The notes under the pieces were generated by a model that searched no databases, had not been told where the DNA came from, and worked only from the letters and a program-made list of their open reading frames with translations. From Gemmatimonadaceae bacterium (lineage in GTDB: Bacteria > Gemmatimonadota > Gemmatimonadetes > Gemmatimonadales > Gemmatimonadaceae), in assembly GCA_051859245.1 (NCBI GenBank), contig JBHYGA010000001.1, positions 320,001 to 384,000 of the forward strand: a stretch of DNA of 64,000 bases, read 5' to 3'. Within the stretch, counting starts at the first letter, position 1; every line of letters begins with the position of its first letter. Below are positions 29,330 through 38,348 of this stretch, piece after piece. The position numbers and the translations under genes are program-made.

Positions 29330-30934
29330 ATGACAGACACTCCCTTTTTGTCCGCCGCCGAATGGCTCCCGGACGCGCTCTTGCTCGTCACGCCCAGTGG
29401 AACCTTGCTTGGCGCCAACCGTGCGGCTCGCACGTTGCTCGGCGAAGGCGCGAGCAATGGCAACGCCGGTGGTTCTCTGCTCGCACTGCTCGATGGTGAT
29501 CGTTCTTCTGTATTGGAGTCTCTCAGAAACGGAGCGCGCACCCGGCAGCCGTTGCCTGGCGCCATTACGTTGAGGATCAGCGCTGACGTTTCGCGACGGT
29601 TTCGCTCGACCGTTCGGCTGCTGCAACCTGCGAGTGCAAACGATCCGGCAGTGCTGCTGCTGCAACTGCAAGAGAATGACGGCGCATCATCACGGTTCAA
29701 GGAACTGAACGATCGATTGGCGCAACTGAACGCTGCGTTGCGGCGGCAGAAAGAAGCGGAGGAAGAGCGCCGACGCCTCGAAGCGCAGATGTTGCAGACG
29801 CAAAAGCTTGAGAGTCTGGGCGTGCTCGCGGGAGGAATCGCACATGACTTCAATAATCTGCTCACGAGCGTGATTGGCTACTGCGATCTCGCGCGCGGCG
29901 AAGTCGCGGGTAACACCGCCGCTCGTGAGTTTCTGGACGAAGCGGTCACCGGGGCTCGGCGTGCGGCGGAGCTCACGCAACAGATGCTGGCGTATTCGGG
30001 CAAGGGCACACTCGTCGTGGGGCCGGTGCAGCTCTCTACGCTGGTCACCGACATCACGCGGTTGCTTGAGGTTTCGATCTCAAAGAAGTGCGTGTTGCGT
30101 TACAACCTGATGGAGAACCTGCCCACCTGTCGTGGTGATGCCACGCAGCTTCGGCAGGTGATCATGAATCTGATCATCAACGCCTCCGACGCGATTGGCG
30201 AGCAGAGTGGTGTGATTGCCTTGACCACAGGAGTTGCGTGGTGCGACAGTGCGTATCTCGCCGAGAATTTTGTTGACGATAATCTGCCAGAAGGGTTGTA
30301 CGTTCACCTGGAGGTGGCGGACACGGGCAGTGGCATGTCACAGGAAACACGCCAGCGCATTTTCGACCCGTTCTTCACTACCAAGTTTACCGGACGAGGT
30401 CTCGGACTCGCGGCCGTGCTCGGTATTGTACGCGGGCATAACGGTGCGATCCGCGTGTACAGCGAACTCGGTCGTGGCACCACGTTCAAGATGCTGTTGC
30501 CGGCCGAGCAAACGCTGGAGCAGGCGTCAGTCGCAGCAGCGCCCGATGCCGTGGCATGGCGGGGCAGCGGATCCATACTTGTGGTAGATGACGAGGAGAG
30601 CATTCGCGGGCTCACTCGGCACATGCTTACACAAATGGGTTTTGACGTAGCGACGGCGTGTGACGGACGCGAAGGCGTGGAGGTGTTTCGCCAGATGCAG
30701 GAAAAGAATCCACTTGTGCTGCTTGACCTCACCATGCCGCATGTCGATGGTGCCGCCGCATTTGCGCAACTCCGTCGGATTCGCCCGGACGTACGCGTGA
30801 TTCTCATGAGCGGCTACAACGAACACTCCATATCCGCGCAGTTCGCAGGAAAAGGGCCGCTGGGTTTTATCCAGAAGCCGTTTCGGCTCAGCGAACTGCG
30901 TGAGTTACTTCGGTCGACGTTGGAGCGGGCTTAG
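29330..30934 (+). CDS. Hybrid sensor histidine kinase (PAS-HisKA-HATPase-REC)
   Basis: QKLESLGVLAGGIAHDFNN, NLIINA, DTGSGM, FDPFFTTK..GRGLGL; receiver VVDDE...LLDLTMP...QKPF. Confidence 0.93.
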   Translation: MTDTPFLSAAEWLPDALLLVTPSGTLLGANRAARTLLGEGASNGNAGGSLLALLDGDRSSVLESLRNGARTRQPLPGAITLRISADVSRRFRSTVRLLQPASANDPAVLLLQLQENDGASSRFKELNDRLAQLNAALRRQKEAEEERRRLEAQMLQTQKLESLGVLAGGIAHDFNNLLTSVIGYCDLARGEVAGNTAAREFLDEAVTGARRAAELTQQMLAYSGKGTLVVGPVQLSTLVTDITRLLEVSISKKCVLRYNLMENLPTCRGDATQLRQVIMNLIINASDAIGEQSGVIALTTGVAWCDSAYLAENFVDDNLPEGLYVHLEVADTGSGMSQETRQRIFDPFFTTKFTGRGLGLAAVLGIVRGHNGAIRVYSELGRGTTFKMLLPAEQTLEQASVAAAPDAVAWRGSGSILVVDDEESIRGLTRHMLTQMGFDVATACDGREGVEVFRQMQEKNPLVLLDLTMPHVDGAAAFAQLRRIRPDVRVILMSGYNEHSISAQFAGKGPLGFIQKPFRLSELRELLRSTLERA

Positions 30935-31626
30935 CGCTCGTCCGCCGCGGCGCCGATTCCGAGTCCCTCACTACCCCCACCTCCGCCGCCACCTCCGCCG
31001 CCACCACCCCCGCCTCCGCCATCGCGGCCCTCGCTTCCGCCCTTACCTCGGCCACCGGATCCTCCTCCACTCGCCGGACGAGTGGGGCCCTGTTTCGGAA
31101 TGGACAGCGCGCTCGGCACCGGCTCAAGGTCGAGCACCGTACGAATAAAATCGCGCAACGAGACTACCAGTTCGTCAGTGTGTACTGGAAGACCCGCGGC
31201 GAGATCTGTCGCGGCCTTCGCGGCGAGTCGCACGTGCTCGTCGTTCCCCAGTAGTATCACGTCGGATAACGCGGCTTCAACGGCATCGCGAATGCGCCGA
31301 GCGCGCTCGCCAGGGCCGGCGATGTCTTCGCTGGATGGGACGCCACTGCCCTCGATCACGTCCACTGCTGCGCGCCGGCTGAGCAAATCGCGCAGATGTG
31401 TGGGATCAACAGACAAGTTGCCGCTGAACGAGCCGCCGAGCGTCTTGTATGCCGCAATCAGTGTGCGCAAGCGCTCGTTGATCTGACGATTCTCCCGCTG
31501 ACGGCGCTGTTGCACTGTTTCCATCACCAACAAGCGAATGCCTACCATCAACAGTGTCACGACGACCAGACTAATCAATGTTGTCATGACGCCCTGCCAC
31601 GAACTGAAATCCATGTTTCGCATCAT
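30931..31626 (-). CDS. Hypothetical membrane-anchored protein with poly-Gly C-terminal tail
   Basis: One N-terminal TM helix, RENRQINERLRTLIAAYKTLGGSF, 16 consecutive Gly. Confidence 0.75.
   Translation of the reverse strand: MMRNMDFSSWQGVMTTLISLVVVTLLMVGIRLLVMETVQQRRQRENRQINERLRTLIAAYKTLGGSFSGNLSVDPTHLRDLLSRRAAVDVIEGSGVPSSEDIAGPGERARRIRDAVEAALSDVILLGNDEHVRLAAKAATDLAAGLPVHTDELVVSLRDFIRTVLDLEPVPSALSIPKQGPTRPASGGGSGGRGKGGSEGRDGGGGGGGGGGGGGGGGSEGLGIGAAADER
30973..31020 (-). repeat. (GGN)16 poly-glycine coding tract
   Basis: 48 nt of GGN codons, including a tandem 12-bp unit. Confidence 0.85.
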
Positions 31627-31656
31627 CGGTGGAGCACGTGAGGGAATTGTCGGTTG

Positions 31657-33516
31657 CTAGTTGCTCCGCAGCGCATCGAGCGCCGCCATGGCATCGGGCA
31701 TGTGCTGTTCGAGCGCAAAGTACTCGGGCCAGGGATCATACGTCGACTGCGCCAGATCGGCGGCAGAAAAGATGGAGAAGTGCCCCGCATGATCATACGT
31801 ATCCAGATCGCGCCAACTGATCGGCACTGCAACCGTCGCGCCAGCACGCGCGCGCGTTGACCAGGGAGCGATCGCCGTTGCCCCGCGCTCGTTGCGAAGA
31901 TAGTCAATGAACAACTTGCCCTTGCGGCGCGCCTTGGACATGGAGGCGACAAATCGTGACGGTTCCCGATTGGCCAGCTCCGTAGCGATATCTCGGCAGA
32001 ACTGCTTGATCACCGACCAATCTGCACCGGCCACGATCGGCGCAATCACGTGAATGCCTTTCCCGCCACTCAGCATCGGGAAACTCAGCACTCCGACGTC
32101 TTCAAGCAGTGACGCCACGGTACGCGCGGCATCACGCACCGCAGAAAACCCGAGGGATTCGTCTGGGTCCAGATCAAACACAAGTCGTTCCGGATACTCC
32201 ACCGAATCAACGCACGATCCCCACACGTGCCACTCCAGCGTGTTCATCTGCACACCGGCGATCAGTCCCGCAACATCGCGTACGAAAAAATACTGTTCTG
32301 TGTCTCCGTTTTTCTCCGTGATGGCCACGCGTTGCATTGCTTCCGGAAACCCACCGCTGTCGTGCTTCTGAAAGAAACAGTGCTTGGCCCGACCTTGTGG
32401 ACAGCGCAACAGGCTGAGCGGACGATTGGCAATGAACGGCAGCATGTGGTGAGCCACCGCGTCGTAGTATCCGGCGAGGTCCGCTTTGGAAACGCCCTGT
32501 TCAGGAAAGACAATGCGATCCGGGCTGGTGAGTCGCTGATCCACGCGCGCGGCTGCGGCAACACCACGCGTGGAAAGGTCTTGTTTGTCGAGTGACACGG
32601 CACGTGCAGCCTTGTCCTCGCGGAGTGCGACGAACGATGGGTGACGCAAGCGACCATCCGGCGTGAGCTCCGTGAACGCGATCTCTGCCACCAGATCGGG
32701 CGTGACCCAACGCGCGCCTTTCGCGATCTCGCGCGGTACATCAGCGAAGGGGCTCGTTTTGCGCGATCGCGCATCGAGCTGTTGTTGCAACTGGTGCGAT
32801 TCGTCAACGGTAAAGCCGGTGCCAACACGCCCTCGATAGCGCAGCTCGTCTGATTCCCACGTGCCAAGCAGCAGCGACGCGAACGTGTGCTTGCGTGCGG
32901 ATGGCGTCCAGCCAGCGATGACCAGTTCCTGTCGCTTGCCGCACTTGATTTTGAGCCAGCTTGTCGTGCGCTGGTGCCTGTATCGATCAGTGGCGCGTTT
33001 GGCGATCACGCCCTCGTGTCCGTCGCGGCACACTGCATCGAACACCGCTTGACTGTTGCCGAGTACGTGCGTGGAAAATTGGATCGCGACCGTGGCTGAG
33101 CGCTCGCCCAGCAGGGCTTCGAGTCGTTCCTTGCGCTCGAGCAGTGTCAGCGCGGTGAGATCTTCGCCGTTTTCCTCGAGCAGGTCGAAGGCGAAGAATA
33201 CAAGCGGCGCGCCACCCTTCAGCGCGTCGGTCAGGGTGGAGAAATCTGCGCGACCATCCGGCGTGAGCGCACACACTTCACCGTCGATCAACGCCGTGCC
33301 TTGGGTGAGTGACGAAAATGGTGCGACAAGCGATGCAAACTTGTGCGTCCAGTCGTGACCGTTGCGGGTGTAGAACCGCACGTCGCGCCCGCTCACCGAA
33401 GCAACACAGCGATAGCCGTCGTACTTCAGTTCAAAGGCCCAGTCTACGCCCGCTGGAATCGTATCGGTCAGCGTCGCGAGCTGCGGGGCACGAAAAGCGG
33501 GCAGGGCGTTCGGCAT
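31657..33516 (-). CDS. ligD: DNA ligase D (ligase plus primase-polymerase domains; no phosphoesterase domain)
   Basis: ELKYDGYR, EGVIAK, WLKIK, GRVGTGF, LRHPSF; POL domain RCPQG, FFQKH, FDLDP, SGGKGIH, DYLRN. Confidence 0.95.
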   Translation of the reverse strand: MPNALPAFRAPQLATLTDTIPAGVDWAFELKYDGYRCVASVSGRDVRFYTRNGHDWTHKFASLVAPFSSLTQGTALIDGEVCALTPDGRADFSTLTDALKGGAPLVFFAFDLLEENGEDLTALTLLERKERLEALLGERSATVAIQFSTHVLGNSQAVFDAVCRDGHEGVIAKRATDRYRHQRTTSWLKIKCGKRQELVIAGWTPSARKHTFASLLLGTWESDELRYRGRVGTGFTVDESHQLQQQLDARSRKTSPFADVPREIAKGARWVTPDLVAEIAFTELTPDGRLRHPSFVALREDKAARAVSLDKQDLSTRGVAAAARVDQRLTSPDRIVFPEQGVSKADLAGYYDAVAHHMLPFIANRPLSLLRCPQGRAKHCFFQKHDSGGFPEAMQRVAITEKNGDTEQYFFVRDVAGLIAGVQMNTLEWHVWGSCVDSVEYPERLVFDLDPDESLGFSAVRDAARTVASLLEDVGVLSFPMLSGGKGIHVIAPIVAGADWSVIKQFCRDIATELANREPSRFVASMSKARRKGKLFIDYLRNERGATAIAPWSTRARAGATVAVPISWRDLDTYDHAGHFSIFSAADLAQSTYDPWPEYFALEQHMPDAMAALDALRSN

Positions 33517-33517
33517 A

Positions 33518-34375
33518 TCAACTGGTCTTCCGTTTGGCGGCTGTCTTGCGTGCCGTCTTCTTTACGGGTTTTGCTTTGCCGCTCGCCTCAAGGCTTCGCT
33601 TGAGTGCGGCCATGAGATCGAGCACTTTGGTTTCGCCACGCGCTGCAGTCGCTTCGCCACCGGATACGCTGACGCGCTTGCCCTTGCTTGCGAGCTTTTC
33701 GTCGATCAGCTCGCGCAATGCGGTTTGGTAGTTGTCCTTGAACGCTGCGGCATCAAAGGGCGCCGATTTTTTCTTGATCAGCGCGGTAGCAACCTCTACC
33801 ATTTCAGCATCGGCCTTCTTCGACGAAATCTGCGCGAAGAACGCGTCAGATTTCCGAATCTCGGTTTCGTAGTGCAGCGTCTCAAGCATGATGCCGGTGC
33901 CTGTTGGCTTGAGCGCCACCAGATACTCCTTACCGCGCAAGGCAAGCTGGCCGAGTCCAACTTTTTCAGACTCGCGAAGCGCATCACGGATGACACGGAA
34001 CGCATCTTCGGCCAGTTCGTCTGACGGCACCACGAAGTACGACTTGTCATAGTAGATGGGGTCGATCTCACAGGCCCCCACAAACTGCGTGAGTTCCAGT
34101 GTTTTGCGCGTTTCGAGCTTTACCGCGTTGATCTCCGCGTCGCTCAGCAGCACGTAGTCGCCTTTTTCGTACTCGAAGCCCTTCATGATATCGTCGCGAT
34201 CAACGGGGCCAATACCGGCCACCACCTTTTCGTAGTTGATCGGCTTGCCAGACGGTTCGTGGATCTGCCGAAACGAGGGTTTGGCATTGGACTTTGTGGC
34301 TGTGAAGAGCTCCACCGCGATCGACACGAGTGAGAGTCGAAGCTGTCCTTTCCAGATGGGTCGCGTTGGTGGCAT
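33518..34375 (-). CDS. ku: Ku DNA end-binding protein
   Basis: RPIWKGQLRLSLVSI, KGFEYEKG, IDPIYYDKSY, VLDLMAALKRSL and a basic tail. Confidence 0.96.
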   Translation of the reverse strand: MPPTRPIWKGQLRLSLVSIAVELFTATKSNAKPSFRQIHEPSGKPINYEKVVAGIGPVDRDDIMKGFEYEKGDYVLLSDAEINAVKLETRKTLELTQFVGACEIDPIYYDKSYFVVPSDELAEDAFRVIRDALRESEKVGLGQLALRGKEYLVALKPTGTGIMLETLHYETEIRKSDAFFAQISSKKADAEMVEVATALIKKKSAPFDAAAFKDNYQTALRELIDEKLASKGKRVSVSGGEATAARGETKVLDLMAALKRSLEASGKAKPVKKTARKTAAKRKTS

Positions 34376-34425
34376 GTCAGTTGTCTCGTCGCAAGTGAGA
34401 AGACCTTCGGTATCGGACTGCTCGA

Positions 34426-35472
34426 CTACAGCATTGCAATGACGGCGCTCTCAGACGCTCGTCCATAGTTCCGCGCGTACTCGACCTTGCGCTCCATCGC
34501 CTCGATCACGGTTCGCGTGAAATCGACCTTCTCAAACTCTTCAGCCGAGCCCAGGCCGCCGGGACTGAACACGTTGATCTCCATCAGCTTGTCACCAACG
34601 ATATCCAGTCCGACGAGGAACATGCCGTCCAGAACGAGCTTGGGGCGCACGAGATCAGCGATGCCGAGCGCCACATCGTCGATCTTGGCACGCTTCACCG
34701 TTCCGCCAGCGGAGATGTTGCTCCGCATGTCGCCTTCTGATCGTACACGACGGAACGCGGCAAATTTTCCATCCGTCATCAATGGCACGCCGTTCATGAG
34801 AAACATGCGTGTGTCACCCTTTTCGGCGGCCGGCAGATACTCCTGCGCCACGATGTAGCCATCACGACTGACGGCGTCGATCATCTGATTCAGATTGGAC
34901 GCATCTTCCGGTCGCACCAGAAACACACTCTGGCCACCGGAGCCCTGCAGTGGCTTCAGTACGATCTTTCCGCCTTCGCTCTTGGCGAACGCCTTGATAT
35001 CAGCGCGATCGCGGGTGATGATCGTGCGTGGGCGCACGGCTTCCGGAAAATCCTGGAAATACATTTTGTTGAGCGCGCCGAGCAGCCCATCGGGGTGATT
35101 CAACACTACAAGCCCTTGCCGCATCGCGCGTCGACAGAACACAACGCCCGCCTGAGCGGCCCAGGGCCGTTCAATGGCATCGTCCGATGGGTCACTGCGC
35201 AGCAGGACCACGTCGAGCTCGGACAGCTTGATGCGCTCGACTTCGGCCTTTGGGCCGCGGAGTGCAGCCAAATACGATTCGCCCGATGCGTATTTCTTGC
35301 CAGGCGCCGCATGTGCGCGGGCCATGATGCTTGCGTCGACATCGTAGCCGAAGTCGGCGACACCGATGTAATACGCCTCGTGCCCCATGCTCAGGGCGGA
35401 GAGGGCCAATCGTGTGGTGGTGTAGTTGTCGATTTCTGTTTCCAGCTCGTTCACAACAAAGCCGATCTTCAT
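34426..35472 (-). CDS. Glutathione synthetase-like ATP-grasp ligase
   Basis: DVVLLRSDP, NKMY, VLKPLQGSGG, AQEYLP, GDTR, RSNISAGG, GLDIVGDKLMEINVFSPGG. Confidence 0.88.
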   Translation of the reverse strand: MKIGFVVNELETEIDNYTTTRLALSALSMGHEAYYIGVADFGYDVDASIMARAHAAPGKKYASGESYLAALRGPKAEVERIKLSELDVVLLRSDPSDDAIERPWAAQAGVVFCRRAMRQGLVVLNHPDGLLGALNKMYFQDFPEAVRPRTIITRDRADIKAFAKSEGGKIVLKPLQGSGGQSVFLVRPEDASNLNQMIDAVSRDGYIVAQEYLPAAEKGDTRMFLMNGVPLMTDGKFAAFRRVRSEGDMRSNISAGGTVKRAKIDDVALGIADLVRPKLVLDGMFLVGLDIVGDKLMEINVFSPGGLGSAEEFEKVDFTRTVIEAMERKVEYARNYGRASESAVIAML

Positions 35473-37424
35473 GGCGCGGTCTCGGTGAGAATTTGAATGA
35501 GTGATTGGCTTTGCCGCAGACGCTGCATTCTGGTCTCAGCGCCGAACGCCGTGAGAAATCGTGGGGTAATTCGTGGTGGTCGCAAATATTCGCGCCACCG
35601 CAGCTCCTGAACCGCTGGCACATCGGCAAGCGCGAGTTTTCCCAGCAACAAGGGTTCGAGTTCGCCGCCAGCGCGCAGATACGAGAGAAACTCCTGCAAC
35701 CCTCGCAGGTAAATCAGATCCTTGGTGAGTCCACCGCTGCGGTACACGCGCATGCAGATGGTGAACGCCGTGTTTGGCGCGAAATCGTATTCGTTGGTGA
35801 GCAGACGGTAGCAGTCAACAAACGGTGCGCCGTCCACGAGCGCACGTACGGCAATCACTCGTCCGGCCAGCACGCGAACGCGACTACCGGTGAGCGCACC
35901 GGTCAGATACTCCGACGTCACGGCGAGCCCTTCCTGCGTTTCTTCGTAGCCGGCCAACCCGCTCGCAAGCTGGCTCAGCGGCTGGGCAAGTCCGTTCGAG
36001 TAGGTGACCACGTGCGTGCCAATCTCATGCTGCACAAGCGCTCGCGCACGCGTTGGTGTAACGCGCAGTGAATGTCCAATCAGCAAGTCACCCTCAGACA
36101 CGAGTACGCCGGCCACATCGGTGCGAATGTGCACCCTGGCGTTCAGTCCGGCGTATACGCTTCGGTAGTGCGATAGCTCGTCTTCGGCCATCGCGGCAAA
36201 CCCCGTTGCGGTGACCACACCTTCCGTATCCGGCGCGTCATCGTCGTCATCGTCCGCACTCGTTCGCTCGGAAACGCGAAGCAGCGTGACCGCTAACTCG
36301 TGTAATGCGTCACTGACCTCGCCGTACACGGAAAGACTACCATACATAAATCGCGACGTGTTGCGGTCGCCCAGCATCGTGAGCTTCCGCGAGAGTTCAC
36401 CGCGACACGCTGACAAGAGATTGGCAAGCGTGGGGTCCTCAAGCTGCTCCAACGGAAGATTGTACAGTCGACGTTTGAGCGAGGCGACGTCAACGATGAG
36501 CGGTCGATAGTCAAACTCCGGATCGCGATCTGCTCCATCGCGCATGAACTGCGCACGCGCACGGTCGGCGTTCACCGGTGTGACTTGCAGCAGGAAGTCG
36601 AATGATCGCGAGATCTGTGTGAGCGCTGCATCGGCTTCTTGCACCGCACGCACCGCGGTGCGACGACCCAGTGCGTGAAAGTGCGACGGCTCGAGCGCCG
36701 TATGCAGTTGCACGAAGTGATACGCCGTTTGCCGAATGGCCAGCGACATGCCGCGCCGGAGCGTCTCGAACAACACCGGGTACGGTGTGCCGGTGCGCGC
36801 CTGCCGATACACGGGTTGCACTTCGATGCCAATCGCGGTGCAGCCACCGGTATGCTGTCGAACACACGTCAGGAGCTCACCCAGCGTGGGCGGAGACGGT
36901 GATCCGTGTGTGTCCACTTCAACGTCCAGCGGTGGTGGCCGCAGCGGTATGTTGCTGAGTGCCTTCCGCAATGCGCGTACGGTTGGATCGTCGGCCGGCA
37001 ACACGGGCGACACGATCCGAAATGTGGGGTCTGGTACTTTGCGCGCCGCGTCCACACCTTCGCGTCTTGTTTCGGCCGTCCATACTTCGAGCAGCAGAAA
37101 CTCGCCGAACTTCTCCACCATCACGTCGGCGATGGCGCTCACCAGTTGCTGAAGTCGAGCATGAAGCTCCAGGCTGCCTGGTGCAATCAGGTGGGAGGCC
37201 TCACCGATGATCATCTGCGACGTCGGGCCCACGGTATCCTGCGCCGGCTCGCGATACACACACAGAAATGGCAACGCGCGGTCAATGTGCAGTCGACCTC
37301 CTCCGGGGAGCGAACGACGCACACCATGCCCCTGTCGCAGCCGTTCACACACCTGCGCAATGAACGCCGGCGTGATACGCTGTCGCGCCGAAATCGAGTT
37401 GTTCGTGGTGGCGATGTCGGGCAT
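35469..37424 (-). CDS. QEGLA-motif / DUF1704 (MATCAP-like) metallocarboxypeptidase with N-terminal extension
   Basis: HEIGTH (HExxxH), TQEGLA, RVYRSGGLTKDLIYLRG, GK; N-terminal GGRLHIDRALPFLCVYR domain. Confidence 0.9.
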   Translation of the reverse strand: MPDIATTNNSISARQRITPAFIAQVCERLRQGHGVRRSLPGGGRLHIDRALPFLCVYREPAQDTVGPTSQMIIGEASHLIAPGSLELHARLQQLVSAIADVMVEKFGEFLLLEVWTAETRREGVDAARKVPDPTFRIVSPVLPADDPTVRALRKALSNIPLRPPPLDVEVDTHGSPSPPTLGELLTCVRQHTGGCTAIGIEVQPVYRQARTGTPYPVLFETLRRGMSLAIRQTAYHFVQLHTALEPSHFHALGRRTAVRAVQEADAALTQISRSFDFLLQVTPVNADRARAQFMRDGADRDPEFDYRPLIVDVASLKRRLYNLPLEQLEDPTLANLLSACRGELSRKLTMLGDRNTSRFMYGSLSVYGEVSDALHELAVTLLRVSERTSADDDDDDAPDTEGVVTATGFAAMAEDELSHYRSVYAGLNARVHIRTDVAGVLVSEGDLLIGHSLRVTPTRARALVQHEIGTHVVTYSNGLAQPLSQLASGLAGYEETQEGLAVTSEYLTGALTGSRVRVLAGRVIAVRALVDGAPFVDCYRLLTNEYDFAPNTAFTICMRVYRSGGLTKDLIYLRGLQEFLSYLRAGGELEPLLLGKLALADVPAVQELRWREYLRPPRITPRFLTAFGAETRMQRLRQSQSLIQILTETAP

Positions 37425-38216
37425 TCAGTCGCCTACCTGATGCAAGGACTGCTCCAGCTTGGGCACAAGCAGCGCCAGCGCGTCGCGAATCGCTCGAACG
37501 TGCCCGGGATACGGTTCGCCGGTCCACTCATCCATAAACGATTTGCGAAACTCGATCGAGATCGAGCAGGCGTGTTCGCGGAACGTGCGGTGCACCCACT
37601 GCGAGAAGTGGCCACCTTTGAACTTGACGTTCTCTCGGACGTCGAGCGTGCGGCCAAGCATGTCGACCGATCGCAAGTGTTGCACCACGCAATCCACCAC
37701 CGGTGCCCACCGAACACGATCCATGCTGCCCGTGCCAATGTTCACTTCCGGGTTGGATGCTTCGTCTGCTGGCGGCGCATCGACCCCATCACGACGATGG
37801 TTGTAGCTGTGCAGGTCCAACACCACGAAGTGCCCCCACTGCTGGCGCATCTGCTCCAATGTTTCGGTCGCCGCGGCGTAGAACGCATCGTACTGCGCGA
37901 GCGATTCGGCGATCATCTCCGGCGTCGGGGGTTCGCGCCAGACGCGCAGCCCCCATGCGTCCTCCGGCGTCTGATACACGGCTTTCTCGCGCGGTCGATT
38001 GAGGTCACATTCGAATCGTGAGCGCAGGCCGATCAGGCGTGTATCGACGACGTCGACCCACTGCGCCGTGTACGGGTCCTCTTCCCGCAGACGCTCCGGC
38101 TCGCTGAGTGCGATCGCGTCGCGCACGGTGTCGCGCAACGCGTGGCCGTCATGTATGGCGGCCGTGGCGACGGGAACGTCATGTCCGAGGTGAATAGCGA
38201 AGCTGTTCGTCACCAC
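37425..38216 (-). CDS. N-formylglutamate amidohydrolase family protein
   Basis: AIHDGH, REEDPYT, SRFECDLNR, LDLHSY, NIGTG, FKGG, SIEF. Confidence 0.88.
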   Translation of the reverse strand: MVTNSFAIHLGHDVPVATAAIHDGHALRDTVRDAIALSEPERLREEDPYTAQWVDVVDTRLIGLRSRFECDLNRPREKAVYQTPEDAWGLRVWREPPTPEMIAESLAQYDAFYAAATETLEQMRQQWGHFVVLDLHSYNHRRDGVDAPPADEASNPEVNIGTGSMDRVRWAPVVDCVVQHLRSVDMLGRTLDVRENVKFKGGHFSQWVHRTFREHACSISIEFRKSFMDEWTGEPYPGHVRAIRDALALLVPKLEQSLHQVGD

Positions 38217-38348
38217 AGAGTCGACACCGCCCGTAAGAACGTGTTCCCATGAGTGTGAGGCGTGTCACGAACGAAACTGTCGCCCTCGGGCTTCGGGAAC
38301 GGTTCAGTGCAACCTTCCGCATTGTCGTGGAAGCCGTATGTTAGAGCC

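Noticed and set aside
28783..29865. 360-aa minus-strand ORF
   Set aside because: Antisense to the MetOD1 and kinase genes; Ser/Arg-rich shadow.
34426..35472. Calling the ATP-grasp gene gshB
   Set aside because: The fold matches, but its context with two peptidase-like genes and no gshA in the window makes glutathione synthesis unproven.
36906..38021. 371-aa plus-strand ORF
   Set aside because: Antisense shadow of the QEGLA and FGase genes with no motifs; common in high-GC DNA.
37425..38216. Calling the FGase-like gene hutG
   Set aside because: There are no other histidine-utilisation genes nearby, and it is coupled to the QEGLA gene.
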